Positions 26,388 through 36,603 of a stretch of DNA of 64,000 nucleotides are shown piece by piece; the stretch's first letter is position 1, and every line of letters begins with the position of its first letter. The notes beneath the pieces are model-generated. The model had not been told where the DNA came from and searched no databases. It saw only the letters and a program-made list of their open reading frames with translations. A program made the translations under genes and the position numbers. The stretch is from Desulfuromonas sp. (GTDB lineage Bacteria; Desulfobacterota; Desulfuromonadia; Desulfuromonadales; BM515): NCBI GenBank assembly GCA_002869635.1, contig PKUF01000121.1, positions 26,650-90,649 on the forward strand. The letters run 5' to 3'.

Positions 26388-27194
26388 ATGCTTGAATCGC
26401 AACCTGTCTTTCTTCTCTCTGACGCAACAGGTGAAACCGCTGAAAAGATGGTCATGGCGGCCCTCACCCAGTTTCGCGGTAAGGAAATACAGCTTAAGCG
26501 ATTCAGCAACATCCGCAATAAAAACCAAGTTTATGAAGCGTTAGACGAGGTCCTCAAGAAAAGGGGGCTGGCGGTTTACACCATCGTCAACCGAGAGCTG
26601 GCCCAATTGGTCCATGATGAGTGCGACGCTCTCGGACTCCCCCATCTCGACCTGCTAACCCCTCTTCTCATGCGCCTTTCGCAGTTCATCGGGCTTTCTC
26701 CCCGAGAAACACCGGGGCTGCTGCATGGGGTCGACGACGCTTATTTCCGTCGGATTGAGGCGGTGGAATTCACCGTCAAGCATGATGATGGACAAGAGAC
26801 CCGGAACCTCCCCAAAGCCGATATTGTTCTGGTCGGGGTCTCCCGAACAAGTAAAACACCGCTCTCCATCTACCTCTCGCACCGAGGTTGGAAAGTCGCA
26901 AACATTCCGCTGGTCAAGGGAATCGCACCACCGGAAGAGCTGTTCAAGGTCGACCCGGCCCGTGTTGCAGGTCTGCTCATCGACCCACAACGCTTGATGG
27001 AGCTACGCGCCGCAAGGCTGCGCAATCTCGGGCAGGATCCTCGTACGGCCTATGCCGATTTTGAAGAGATTGAAGATGAGCTGCGAACCGCCAAAGGTCT
27101 CTTTCGCCGTCACCGCTGGGCCGTGATCAACGTAACCGGCAAAGCGGTCGAGGAGACGGCCAATGAAGTGTTGGTCAAGCTCCATCTCAAATAG
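26388..27194 (+). CDS. Pyruvate, water dikinase regulatory protein-like kinase/pyrophosphorylase (DUF299)
   Basis: [13 protein letters not shown]-terminus. [12 protein letters not shown]-loop. Confidence 0.85.
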   Translation: MLESQPVFLLSDATGETAEKMVMAALTQFRGKEIQLKRFSNIRNKNQVYEALDEVLKKRGLAVYTIVNRELAQLVHDECDALGLPHLDLLTPLLMRLSQFIGLSPRETPGLLHGVDDAYFRRIEAVEFTVKHDDGQETRNLPKADIVLVGVSRTSKTPLSIYLSHRGWKVANIPLVKGIAPPEELFKVDPARVAGLLIDPQRLMELRAARLRNLGQDPRTAYADFEEIEDELRTAKGLFRRHRWAVINVTGKAVEETANEVLVKLHLK

Positions 27195-27268
27195 AGAACA
27201 AAAGATTCTGCCGCCATGCGGCTGACCCACCGCAGCCTTTGGCTGCCGTCAGGAAGGAGAAACAGATT

Positions 27269-27940
27269 ATGCGTATTCTGGTCGTCGAAGACGAAAAGAA
27301 AGTCGCCAGTTTTATCAAACGCGGCCTCGAAGAGGAAGAGTTCAGTGTCGATGTCGCTTACGATGGTGAAGAAGGTCTTTACATGATCGAGACCAACACC
27401 TACGACCTGATCCTCATGGATATCATGCTCCCGAAAATGGACGGCCTTGAGGTTGTTCAAGCGATGCGCACCAAAGAGATTAACGTCCCTGTCCTTTGTC
27501 TCACCGCCAAGGATTCGGTGGACGATATCGTCTCTGGGCTCAACTCCGGCAGTGACGATTACCTGACCAAACCGTTTGCCTTCGCCGAACTCCTCGCCCG
27601 TGTTCGGGCGTTGCTGCGCCGCGGTACCAAGGAGCGTGGTGCCGAGGTCAACTACGCGGATCTACGCCTCGACCCTGTCGCCCATAAGGTCTGGCGTGGC
27701 AACAACGAACTCGACCTCACCGCCAAAGAGTACGCTCTGCTCGAATATTTCATGCGTAACGCCGAACAGGTCTTGACCCGGACCATGATCGCCGAGCATG
27801 TCTGGGACTACACCTTTGACTCCTTTACCAATATCATCGACGTCTATGTTAACTATCTGCGCAAGAAGGTGGACCGCGAATTTGACCGCAAATTGATCCA
27901 CACCGTCCGAGGTGTCGGCTACGTACTCAAAGAGGATTAG
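27269..27940 (+). CDS. OmpR-family response regulator (CusR/CopR-like)
   Basis: MRILVVEDE, LILMDIMLP, LTKPF. Winged-helix C-terminus (LT.KEYALLEYF, IHTVRGVGYVL). Confidence 0.9.
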   Translation: MRILVVEDEKKVASFIKRGLEEEEFSVDVAYDGEEGLYMIETNTYDLILMDIMLPKMDGLEVVQAMRTKEINVPVLCLTAKDSVDDIVSGLNSGSDDYLTKPFAFAELLARVRALLRRGTKERGAEVNYADLRLDPVAHKVWRGNNELDLTAKEYALLEYFMRNAEQVLTRTMIAEHVWDYTFDSFTNIIDVYVNYLRKKVDREFDRKLIHTVRGVGYVLKED

Positions 27941-27941
27941 C

Positions 27942-29384
27942 GTGCCGCTACGATCCATCCGCCTGCGCCTGACCTTCTGGTCTGCTCTGACCCTGACCGC
28001 CATCATGGCGGTCAGCGGCCTGGCGTGGCATTTTACCCTGAGCTCCAGCAGCTTAAAACATATTGACGATCGACTCGAGTTGATCGCCGTTGATGTTGCG
28101 GCGTATCATCACACCGAGCATATTGAGCCGATCCCTACGGACGACTGTCAACGTCTTGAAGGGTTCTTACGCAGTCACAACTGGGGTGAATTCGTTCAGA
28201 TCCTCAACGAACGGGGCTCTATCTCCTGCGCCTCGTCCAACCTTGAGGGGTTCCACCTCCCGCTTAGCAAGGAGGCTCTGCAACACCTCGGCAACGGTGA
28301 AGCCACCTACGAAACCATCGACAGCAATCAAGGCTTCGCCGTACGCCTGCTGACCCTGCCAGTGATTAAGGGTGGGCACCTCTTCGACATCATTCAAGTC
28401 GGGCAGGACCTTAGTCCCATGGAGAAGACCTTGAGCGCGGTTCGCCTCAAACAGGCCCTCTTCATTCCGGCCGCAGTCATCCTCTTCTCTCTCGGTGGCT
28501 GGTTCCTCGCCGGTCGGGCCTTGGCACCGGTTGATCGCATCACCCGGGCCGTCCAGAAAATCAATGCTGAAAATCTCGATCAGCGCCTCCCTCTGAGCAA
28601 AAGCAGCGACGAAATTTCTCGACTCACGGAGACCTTCAACTCCATGCTGAGTCGCCTTAAAGAGCAGTTTCACAAAATGAAGCAGTTCTCTGGGGATGCC
28701 TCGCATGAGCTGCGAACCCCTTTGACCATCCTGCGCGGAGAAACAGAAGTGGCGCTACGCTGGGCCAAAGAACCGGATGAGTTTCGTGAAATCCTCCGTT
28801 CCAACATGGAAGAGATTGACCGCATGGAACGCATCATCGAGAACCTATTGACGCTCGCCAAAAACGAGGAGCTTAAACGTAATCTTGAGCTGCAAGAACT
28901 CAGTCTCAGTGATCTCTTGCAGGAGCTCTACCTCAGTGGCAATATCTTGGGCGAGAAGAATGAGGTCAGCGTCCGCCTCAACCTTGAAGTTGAAACCGAA
29001 GTCACGCTGCGCGGTGACGAACTGCGACTACGTCAGCTCTTCCTTAACCTGATCTCCAACGCCGTCAAATATACCTCCAGCGGCGGTACGGTCACCATCG
29101 GTCTGACTTGCACAGACGATGCTGCGGTGATTACCGTCACCGATACCGGCGTCGGAATAGCCCCGGAACATTTAGCGCTAATCTTTGACCGTTTTTACCG
29201 TGTCGACAAAGCCCGCAACCGCAATGACGGGGGGAGTGGCCTCGGCCTTGCCATTGCAAAATGGGTCGTCGATGCCCACGAAGGAACGATCCACGTCGCT
29301 TCAATCCCCGACGAGGGGAGCACATTCACAGTCTCCCTCCCACTCGCCGGTCCCGCAGAACAGAACCGGGATGTCTTCATCTAA
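27942..29384 (+). CDS. Sensor histidine kinase (two TM segments, HAMP, HisKA, HATPase_c)
   Basis: GTG start 2 nt after the regulator stop, with AAGAGGA upstream. H-box SHELRTPLT. N-box LISNAVKYT. G-boxes DTGVGI and GGSGLGLAI. Confidence 0.9.
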   Translation: MPLRSIRLRLTFWSALTLTAIMAVSGLAWHFTLSSSSLKHIDDRLELIAVDVAAYHHTEHIEPIPTDDCQRLEGFLRSHNWGEFVQILNERGSISCASSNLEGFHLPLSKEALQHLGNGEATYETIDSNQGFAVRLLTLPVIKGGHLFDIIQVGQDLSPMEKTLSAVRLKQALFIPAAVILFSLGGWFLAGRALAPVDRITRAVQKINAENLDQRLPLSKSSDEISRLTETFNSMLSRLKEQFHKMKQFSGDASHELRTPLTILRGETEVALRWAKEPDEFREILRSNMEEIDRMERIIENLLTLAKNEELKRNLELQELSLSDLLQELYLSGNILGEKNEVSVRLNLEVETEVTLRGDELRLRQLFLNLISNAVKYTSSGGTVTIGLTCTDDAAVITVTDTGVGIAPEHLALIFDRFYRVDKARNRNDGGSGLGLAIAKWVVDAHEGTIHVASIPDEGSTFTVSLPLAGPAEQNRDVFI

Positions 29385-29459
29385 CTCTTTCAACAGCGTC
29401 GCTTGTCATCCATCCTCTCTTCTGGCATGATGCCGGCAATCCTATTTATACGAGGCTGT

Positions 29460-30587
29460 ATGACACTCCCCCCGATTCTGACCCACGCTAAGGACCTTGC
29501 GCCCCTGGCCGACGAACTACGTCGCGAAGCAGTCATCGCTGTCGACCTTGAAGCCGACTCGATGCACTCCTATCGTGACAAGGTCTGCCTGATCCAATTC
29601 ACCACGTCGCAACGTGATGTGCTTGTCGACCCGCTCGCCTGCGGCGATCTTTCCGCGCTCAAACCAATCTTTGCCGATCCAGGCATCCGAAAGATCTTTC
29701 ATGCCGGTGATTACGACATCCGCTCGCTGCATCGTGATTTCGGCATTGAGGTCATCGGCCTGTTCGACACAATGATTTGCAGCCAGTTCCTTGGTGAAGA
29801 AAGGATCGGCCTCGCCGACGTTCTCGGCAAATACTTCTCCATCGAATTGGACAAGAAGTTCCAGAAAGCCGACTGGTCAAAACGCCCGTTAAGCCCTGAG
29901 ATGATCGCCTACGCCGCCGAAGACACCCGGCACCTGCATCAACTTGCGATTCTCCTAGAAGAGAAAATCAACGCGCTTGACCGTCTTGAGTGGGTCAAGG
30001 AAGAGTTCGCTTTGCTCGAAAAGGTGCGCCACAGTGAAAGCGATGGCCCTCTCTTTTTACGCATCAAGGGAGCGGCCCTGCTCGACCCTCTCGCCCTTGC
30101 CATCCTTGAGGAACTCCTGCTCTGGCGCAATGAGGTCGCTCAACGCCGTGACACTCCGGTCTTCAAGGTATTCGGCAACGCACCATTACTGCAAATCGCC
30201 CGCAATGCCCCGAGATCCCTACAAGGGCTGGTAGGAATTGAAGGGGTCTCCCCTCGCCATGTCGATCGCTATGGACGGCAGATTCTGCAAGCCGTGGAGA
30301 GGGGCCTCGCCCTCCCCGAGGCACAACGCCCACGCTACCCCCGCCCCCCCCGACGAGAGAAAGACCCCGCTGCCGACAAGCGACTGACCAAACTCAAGGG
30401 GTGGCGCAAGGAGATGGCTGAAAGCCTCAATATGGACCCGGGGATCGTCATTAACAACGCTCTGCTCGAAGAGATCTCCCGCCGAGCCCCCCAGACCTCG
30501 GAGCAGTTGGCGCAAGTTCCGATGCTCAAGCGTTGGCAGCAGAAGATCCTCGGTATCGGCATCCTGCAAACTCTCAATGGGAAGTGA
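29460..30587 (+). CDS. rnd: Ribonuclease D (DEDDy 3'-5' exonuclease + HRDC)
   Basis: AVDLEADSMHSY, FHAGDYDI, YAAEDT motifs. HRDC-like C-terminal region. Start uncertain (alternatives at 29403 and 29427). Confidence 0.8.
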   Translation: MTLPPILTHAKDLAPLADELRREAVIAVDLEADSMHSYRDKVCLIQFTTSQRDVLVDPLACGDLSALKPIFADPGIRKIFHAGDYDIRSLHRDFGIEVIGLFDTMICSQFLGEERIGLADVLGKYFSIELDKKFQKADWSKRPLSPEMIAYAAEDTRHLHQLAILLEEKINALDRLEWVKEEFALLEKVRHSESDGPLFLRIKGAALLDPLALAILEELLLWRNEVAQRRDTPVFKVFGNAPLLQIARNAPRSLQGLVGIEGVSPRHVDRYGRQILQAVERGLALPEAQRPRYPRPPRREKDPAADKRLTKLKGWRKEMAESLNMDPGIVINNALLEEISRRAPQTSEQLAQVPMLKRWQQKILGIGILQTLNGK

Positions 30588-30593
30588 GCGTAG

Positions 30594-31541
30594 ATGCTTG
30601 ATCCTGACCTTGAACGTCTGTTGCACCAGGTCGCGCCTCTCTCCCCCCCGAAAGAGGCGCGACGTCTTTTCCACGGACGCGGTCACATGTTCCCCGGTCT
30701 TGAAGATATCGTCCTCGACGCCTACCCCCCTCTTCTGTGGCTCGTCCTTTACGCCCCCCGCCCTGATGGCTGGTTACAACAACTCGCCATAGAGCTAAGA
30801 CGGAAGTTCCCCAGTTTCAGCGCCTTGGCGGTGCAACACCGCTACCGCCCCAAGACACCACTTGAGCTTCTCTACGGCGAGCTTCCGACTCCTGTCGTTG
30901 CACGCGAACACGGTCTCTCTTACCTTCTGCGGCCGGGGCAGGGTCAGAACATCGGACTTTTTCCCGACATGGCAAATGGCCGGATCCTTGTTGCCGAACG
31001 CGCAAAGGGGCGACGTGTCCTGAACCTTTTCGCTTACAGCTGCGCCTTTTCAGTTGCCGCCCTCGCCGCCGGGGCCGACAAGGTTGTCAATGTCGATATG
31101 AACCGCAGTCTGCTCAACCTCGGGCGGGAGAACCACCTTCTCAATGGCCTCGACCTTCGCCGCGCCAGCTTTCTCTGTCACAACATCTTCAAATCTTTCG
31201 GACTGCTGCGTCGCCTTGCCCCCTTTGATCTGGTGGTCCTTGATCCTCCCGGCGAGCAGGGGGCAAGTTTTCAGGCAATGCGAGACTGGCCAAAACTGCT
31301 TCGCCGCCTTCCCGAGTGGCTTGCTCCCGATGGCGAAGTCATCGCCTGCATCAGTACCCCCGACCGTCCCTCGGCTTTTCTCACCTCAGCCTTCGCCGAA
31401 TCTCTGCCACAAATCGAAATTCTTCAGCAGTTCGGTGCGGGCCCCGACTTCCCCGAGACCGACCCGGAGAAGGGGCTGCAGATTCTCCACGGACGGCTCC
31501 CTCCGTCACAAGGGGTTGCACAACCGCAAGAAAGTACTTAG
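30594..31541 (+). CDS. Class I SAM-dependent methyltransferase (RlmI/YwbD-like)
   Basis: GLFPDMANGR, VLNLFAYSCAFSVAA, VVLDPP motifs. Confidence 0.7.
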   Translation: MLDPDLERLLHQVAPLSPPKEARRLFHGRGHMFPGLEDIVLDAYPPLLWLVLYAPRPDGWLQQLAIELRRKFPSFSALAVQHRYRPKTPLELLYGELPTPVVAREHGLSYLLRPGQGQNIGLFPDMANGRILVAERAKGRRVLNLFAYSCAFSVAALAAGADKVVNVDMNRSLLNLGRENHLLNGLDLRRASFLCHNIFKSFGLLRRLAPFDLVVLDPPGEQGASFQAMRDWPKLLRRLPEWLAPDGEVIACISTPDRPSAFLTSAFAESLPQIEILQQFGAGPDFPETDPEKGLQILHGRLPPSQGVAQPQEST

Positions 31542-31578
31542 ATTAACCTAGTATCCTTTTTTGAACCGGGATTTCTTC

Positions 31579-32973
31579 ATGACCGAGGCTCTCCATCTCC
31601 CTGCCCCCTCTCCCGATCTGGTGCTGGCGGTTGACCAGCGCGGAGAGATTCGCTGCCTGCGTTGCTCGCCGCAGGTGGCGCCGCATGTCAGGGATGCCTC
31701 CGGCTTTTCCGGCACCCGGCTTGAACGTTTTCTCGCCGCGACAACCCCTCCACTGGCCGAGCTGGTTATCGAGGTGGTACGTGAGCAGAAACCTCTCACA
31801 GGCATTCTTCTACGCCTCCCCGAGACGGCTGACTCTCCCACCCTCAATGTCGACCTTACCCCCGGCGGACTGACGAACGACTTTCGTGCCCAGCAGGTTC
31901 TGCTTACCTTCTCCCGCCCCACGTCATCGACACCGCCCCCGGAGCACTACGGGCTGGTCGGAGAGAGTCCAGCCTTGCGCGAGCTGCTGCGCAAGATCGA
32001 GCTTTATGGGCCGACCGATGCGGCGCTGATCGTCACCGGTGAGACCGGAACCGGCAAAGAACTCGTCGCCAAAGCCCTGCATGATGCCAGCCATCGCGAC
32101 AACGCCCCTTTCGTTGCCGTTAACTGCTCGGCGATTTCTGAGGAGCTTCTTGAATCGGAACTTTTCGGACATGAAAAGGGAGCGTTTACCGGCGCGGTCC
32201 GCAGCCACCGCGGTCGCTTTGAGCGCGCCGACGGCGGGACCCTCTTTCTCGACGAGATCGGCGATATGCCGCTGCACACCCAGACCCGTTTGCTCCGTAT
32301 CCTTGAGACCGGCGAGGTAGAACGGGTCGGCGGTGAACAGGTGAAAAAGGTCGATGTCCGGGTGGTTGCCGCCACCAACGTGCCGCTGGAGCAGGCGGTA
32401 GGCGAAGGGAAATTTCGCGCTGACCTCTACCATCGTCTCTCTGTGCTGCGCTTGCATCTTGCACCGCTTCGACAACGCAGCGACGACATTCCGCTTTTAG
32501 TCGCGCACTTTCTGAAAGAGTTAAGTACCAAGTATGGTCGCACCATCCAACGCCTGACCCAGGAGGCGATGGAGCTACTGCAATCCTACCTGTGGCCCGG
32601 CAACATCCGCGAGTTGCGCAACATCATTGAGCGAGTTTTCATCGAGACCCAAAACGAGGTAATTGGGGTGCGGGCCTTCTCTGAATGGGTGCAGGAACGC
32701 CGCGCCTTCTCTGCCGGTATCGCACTGCCAAAGCCGGAGAAGATTGCTCCCCCCTATCCGTTGCTCACCGAGCTTGAGGAACGCCACCCCAATCAACTCC
32801 TTGATCTCGATGCAGAGACAATCCGTGTCGCCTGGCAGGCAAGCCACGGCAACCTCAGTGCAACGGCACGGCACCTCGGCATCCATCGCGCCACCCTCTA
32901 CCGCCATCTTGATCGTCTTGGCCTTGACCGTGAGGCCCTCTCTACTCCCTCTGAAGCAGGAGCGCCCCCATGA
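31579..32973 (+). CDS. Sigma-54-dependent transcriptional activator (AAA+ with Fis-type HTH)
   Basis: Walker A GETGTGKE. GAFTGA loop (EKGAFTGA). FLDEIGDMP. C-terminal HTH ATARHLGIHRATLYRHL. The roughly 130-aa N-terminal sensory domain is unrecognised. Confidence 0.9.
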   Translation: MTEALHLPAPSPDLVLAVDQRGEIRCLRCSPQVAPHVRDASGFSGTRLERFLAATTPPLAELVIEVVREQKPLTGILLRLPETADSPTLNVDLTPGGLTNDFRAQQVLLTFSRPTSSTPPPEHYGLVGESPALRELLRKIELYGPTDAALIVTGETGTGKELVAKALHDASHRDNAPFVAVNCSAISEELLESELFGHEKGAFTGAVRSHRGRFERADGGTLFLDEIGDMPLHTQTRLLRILETGEVERVGGEQVKKVDVRVVAATNVPLEQAVGEGKFRADLYHRLSVLRLHLAPLRQRSDDIPLLVAHFLKELSTKYGRTIQRLTQEAMELLQSYLWPGNIRELRNIIERVFIETQNEVIGVRAFSEWVQERRAFSAGIALPKPEKIAPPYPLLTELEERHPNQLLDLDAETIRVAWQASHGNLSATARHLGIHRATLYRHLDRLGLDREALSTPSEAGAPP

Positions 32974-33293
32974 CTCGAGAAGAACTGGCCCAATTTGACG
33001 GCCGACAGGGACAAAAAGCCTATGTCGCCGTGAACGGAAAAATCTACGATTTTAGCGCAAGCCCCCTTTGGCAAGAGGGAGACCATCAGGGGTCACATCA
33101 GGCCGGTTGCGACCTGAGCGAGGAGTTGCGCTCCGCCCCCCACGTGCGCGCCGTTATTGAACGCTTCCCCGTCGTCGGTGATCTTGAGGAACCGTCTGCC
33201 GACAATGATGCAACAAGCTCCAACAAGACAAAGACCATTGGGGGCATCTTTCTCGTCATCATCATCGCCCTACTGGTTGCACTGCTTCGCTGA
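32970..33293 (+). CDS. Cytochrome b5-like haem/steroid-binding domain protein with a C-terminal TM anchor
   Basis: ELAQFDGRQGQKAYVAVNGKIYDFS motif. Hydrophobic tail IGGIFLVIIIALLVALL. 4-bp overlap with the activator gene. Confidence 0.7.
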   Translation: MTREELAQFDGRQGQKAYVAVNGKIYDFSASPLWQEGDHQGSHQAGCDLSEELRSAPHVRAVIERFPVVGDLEEPSADNDATSSNKTKTIGGIFLVIIIALLVALLR

Positions 33294-33321
33294 TTCAGAG
33301 TCTCAGAAACCTTTGAAGAAC

Positions 33322-33356
33322 AAAAAAGCCGAGCTCTTTCGAGCCCGGCTTTTTTG
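33322..33356. terminator. Bidirectional rho-independent terminator
   Basis: AAAAAAGCCGAGCTC tttc GAGCCCGGCTTTTTT: a stem with one mismatch, flanked by A- and T-runs. Confidence 0.7.
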
Positions 33357-33377
33357 TTCTTCATTTAAACGAACCTG

Positions 33378-35741
33378 CTATGGCCGCTGAATATTCGCCG
33401 TTGCATCATCATTATCGAGATAATCTGCGGCGGCCCCGGCAGCAAGAACAATCTCACCGTCAAAGGCACCATCCATCAGATACTCGAGCGAATCAAAGAT
33501 CAAACGCTTGGTGTAATAGCTATTGTGAGCCCAAGCCCCCGGATCATGAGCCAGCAAATTGAAGTTGAACGCAGCCCCCATGGTCGGTTTGCCGGTGGTC
33601 GCATCACCCCAATTTTTGAAGCCGTTGCTGCGGTCGATTTCAACCGCATCAAGAGTTCCACTGCCATCGGTGTCGTTGAAGAAGTAGGGGTAGCTCGCGG
33701 CAAAGAAGATCCCTTTTGCCTGAAGAGCCGTCTCAAGAACGTCGAGGGCCGCCTCGAAGTTTTCTTCTTCGGTGTTGAGGAAATCAGCCGCTGCCTGAAC
33801 GTCTGTCGCATCGCCCCCTTCGGCGACAAATGCCGCACCATGGCTTCCGTCATGGCACTCGATACAGATGGTTGAGGTAATTGCGGTAATTTTGTCGGTA
33901 GTATCGTCGACGTCAACCGGAAGGAAAAGGTGCCCTGCGTCACTGGTCATGTGACAACCGACGCAAGGACCGTTGGTCCCGTTCGCCGCCTCGTAATCCG
34001 CCAGATCGGCATCGGTTCCCATCCCGATCTGATCGTGGGCATAATAGGAAACGTTGGCGTAGTCGTCTGTTGCTGAGTCACCATCAACATCATACTCATA
34101 ACCGGTGGCGGCAAAGACCGTCCCGCCCGCGGCAAGGTAGTGAGAGTTGATAAAAGAGAGGTTGCTGAAATCGCCTGTCGATGCGGCAATGGTATCACCA
34201 CTCTCACGTCCCGTATGACATGCCATACAGACGTTGGAGCCGTTGATATCAGGATAGGTTGTGCCATAATCCGCGGTCACCGGGCCAGGATTCCTTAAAC
34301 CACCAGAGTTGTCACTGTGGCAGCCCCAGCAATAGAGCAGTTCATTCTGTCCAGAACCTGTTGTTGAAGACCAATCCACCAGATGCGAGAAATCATTATC
34401 AAGCGGATCGTAGACAACGTCATTGGTCAAATCATCATCATTATTGAGTTTTGTTGCATTCAGGTAGTTTTGCAAACCCGTTGCGGTATGACACCGTTGA
34501 CAATCAGCACGCCCTGTACGATCACCGGGAACCGTGTCCTCTGTTTTATCCCAGTCGTAATGCACCCAGCCTGGTGCCTCGGCATCCGTCGTTGACGCCG
34601 CGATCATCGCGGCTGTCTGCGTCACCGTACGATCCATATCCTGGGCAGGGTCGGCCCAATACTCCATAACAGCTTTTTTTTGCTCGAGCAAAAAACCACC
34701 ATGGGCCGAGCTTGCCCACTGATCGTTGATCGTCGTCGTCTCATTGTCAGCGCGAATCTCTTCCACCGCATGGACGTCGTGGCAAACAAGACAGCTGCTC
34801 TTGCCACTCACCTCGTCCGCATCAACAACATAGCCTTCAATCTCATCGGTCGTTGCCGGATCGTCATAGTGAGTATCGGCAATCACACGCATATGGCGAT
34901 CTTCGTGATAGATCATCCCGTCTCGAGTCGCGGGATCTCCCTTCTCACTCATGTGGCAGGTGACGCAGGTCTCGTATTCGGTCTCAAAAAGCAGGCCACC
35001 GGCGTTATGGGGATTATGGCAGGTGCGACACTGAACCGAGGTTCCGTCCTCGACAGGAAGAACGATCGCTTCAAGCTGGGCAACCGTCGTAACGTCTTTG
35101 TAGAGACGTCCTCCTTCGTCAGTATGACACTTGGAGCAAACAGCCCCATCACGAACCCTCGCTGTGGCGTGACGTGAGGCGGTGTACTCGGTGTAGATAT
35201 TGTCCGCCTGAGGATGGTAGGTCAAATGGCTTTCAGGCAGAGCATCGTGACAGCTCCCGCAGACGGCGGCATCCGGAGAAGGGACAGGAATCGGGCCGAC
35301 CCCGAAGTGCTCCTCACCGGCACCGTGACAATTTTCACAGGTTACAGCAGCAAGCCCCACATGTCCGTTTGCCGCATCAGAGGGAACATCCGCGGCATCG
35401 ATCAGTTCCTCCAGCCCCTGACCATCCCCAAGCGGATCATGGCAACCGAGACATTCAGACTCAGAGGACGCCGCAATATGGTCGCTGTGGATTACATGCT
35501 TGCCGCTGAGAAAATCCGTAACCTCTCTTGAACTCCAGGAGAAACCTTCATGGCAGCCGATACAGGTGGCGGCGCCGACATAGGCAAGACCATTGGCGTC
35601 ACGGCCGTACTCGGCACGATCGCTGATCACGGTCCCGGCGTTGACAACGGTGTCAGATTCGCGGTCACTGCCACAACCCCAGAGGGGGGCGATGGCCGTC
35701 GCCGCTAGGGCAATCAGAGCTAGTTGTTTTGCTCCTCGCAT
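33378..35741 (-). CDS. Outer-surface lipoprotein multihaem c-type cytochrome (13 CXXCH)
   Basis: I counted 13 CXXCH motifs. Signal peptide with lipobox (MRGAKQLALIALAATAIAPLWG-C). ATG at 35741 with GGAGGA 6 nt upstream. Confidence 0.9.
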   Translation of the reverse strand: MRGAKQLALIALAATAIAPLWGCGSDRESDTVVNAGTVISDRAEYGRDANGLAYVGAATCIGCHEGFSWSSREVTDFLSGKHVIHSDHIAASSESECLGCHDPLGDGQGLEELIDAADVPSDAANGHVGLAAVTCENCHGAGEEHFGVGPIPVPSPDAAVCGSCHDALPESHLTYHPQADNIYTEYTASRHATARVRDGAVCSKCHTDEGGRLYKDVTTVAQLEAIVLPVEDGTSVQCRTCHNPHNAGGLLFETEYETCVTCHMSEKGDPATRDGMIYHEDRHMRVIADTHYDDPATTDEIEGYVVDADEVSGKSSCLVCHDVHAVEEIRADNETTTINDQWASSAHGGFLLEQKKAVMEYWADPAQDMDRTVTQTAAMIAASTTDAEAPGWVHYDWDKTEDTVPGDRTGRADCQRCHTATGLQNYLNATKLNNDDDLTNDVVYDPLDNDFSHLVDWSSTTGSGQNELLYCWGCHSDNSGGLRNPGPVTADYGTTYPDINGSNVCMACHTGRESGDTIAASTGDFSNLSFINSHYLAAGGTVFAATGYEYDVDGDSATDDYANVSYYAHDQIGMGTDADLADYEAANGTNGPCVGCHMTSDAGHLFLPVDVDDTTDKITAITSTICIECHDGSHGAAFVAEGGDATDVQAAADFLNTEEENFEAALDVLETALQAKGIFFAASYPYFFNDTDGSGTLDAVEIDRSNGFKNWGDATTGKPTMGAAFNFNLLAHDPGAWAHNSYYTKRLIFDSLEYLMDGAFDGEIVLAAGAAADYLDNDDATANIQRP

Positions 35742-35779
35742 CTTAAGTCCTCCTTGCGTGCGTTGATAAGTGGGTAACA

Positions 35780-36589
35780 TTAATGGCAGCGCCGGCAGGT
35801 ACGGCCGTTGCTGGCGTTATTTAGGTTTTCAGCGATATCTCCCCACCCTTTGGGGTGTGGGTTGATACCAAGGCCACTCTTGGAACTGTGGCAGGTCAGG
35901 CAGATATCCCCTTCGGGATGACAAGCCTGACAACTTGCCAAAGAGCGGCGCGCCTCACGACTATGCTCGTAGGACCAATCGTGAGTCGGCAGCACCGAGT
36001 TGACGTGACAGCTCTGGCAGGAGTCTTCGCTAAAGCCCTCGTGGGCACTGCCAGAGATGCTGATGTCGCTCCAACCGCGACGGTGCGATTTGATCGCCAG
36101 ATCGGCCGGAGCAAAGGAGTCATGGCACTCGGTGCAGGAGTTGACTTCGTGGCAGCTGCTGCAGAGCTGTTGGTCGGTACGGGCGGCGATGGGATGGCTG
36201 ACCATGAAGTCCGAGCGATGGACGTTGGTCATCGCGTTACCGAAGCTCCCCTGCTCATCGGCAGTCCCGGCGGCATGACACTCGAGACAGAAGTCCTGCT
36301 CATGACAGCTGGCGCAGTCGTTGCCCTGCTTTCTCGCCTCACGTGCGTGTTGCAGGCTCCAGACGGCACCATGGGTCTTCAGACCGGAGAACTCGACGTC
36401 ATCGACATAATCTTGATCGTGACAGTCGAGGCAGACCGTGGTTAAAGGAAGAATGTCATCCGCATCGACCAGATGGCAGGCAGAACATTGCGCCGCCGGC
36501 ACGATGCGTAGGTGGGCGGCGTGATCAAACTCCGCCGCGAAAAGCGGAGTCGCCCACAAGATCAGAATGGCGCAGATAGCGCGGATCAT
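35780..36589 (-). CDS. Periplasmic decahaem c-type cytochrome (10 CXXCH)
   Basis: I counted 10 CXXCH motifs in 269 aa. Sec signal peptide MIRAICAILILWATPLFA. AAAGGAG upstream of the ATG at 36589. Confidence 0.9.
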   Translation of the reverse strand: MIRAICAILILWATPLFAAEFDHAAHLRIVPAAQCSACHLVDADDILPLTTVCLDCHDQDYVDDVEFSGLKTHGAVWSLQHAREARKQGNDCASCHEQDFCLECHAAGTADEQGSFGNAMTNVHRSDFMVSHPIAARTDQQLCSSCHEVNSCTECHDSFAPADLAIKSHRRGWSDISISGSAHEGFSEDSCQSCHVNSVLPTHDWSYEHSREARRSLASCQACHPEGDICLTCHSSKSGLGINPHPKGWGDIAENLNNASNGRTCRRCH

Positions 36590-36603
36590 ATCGGCACTCC
36601 TTT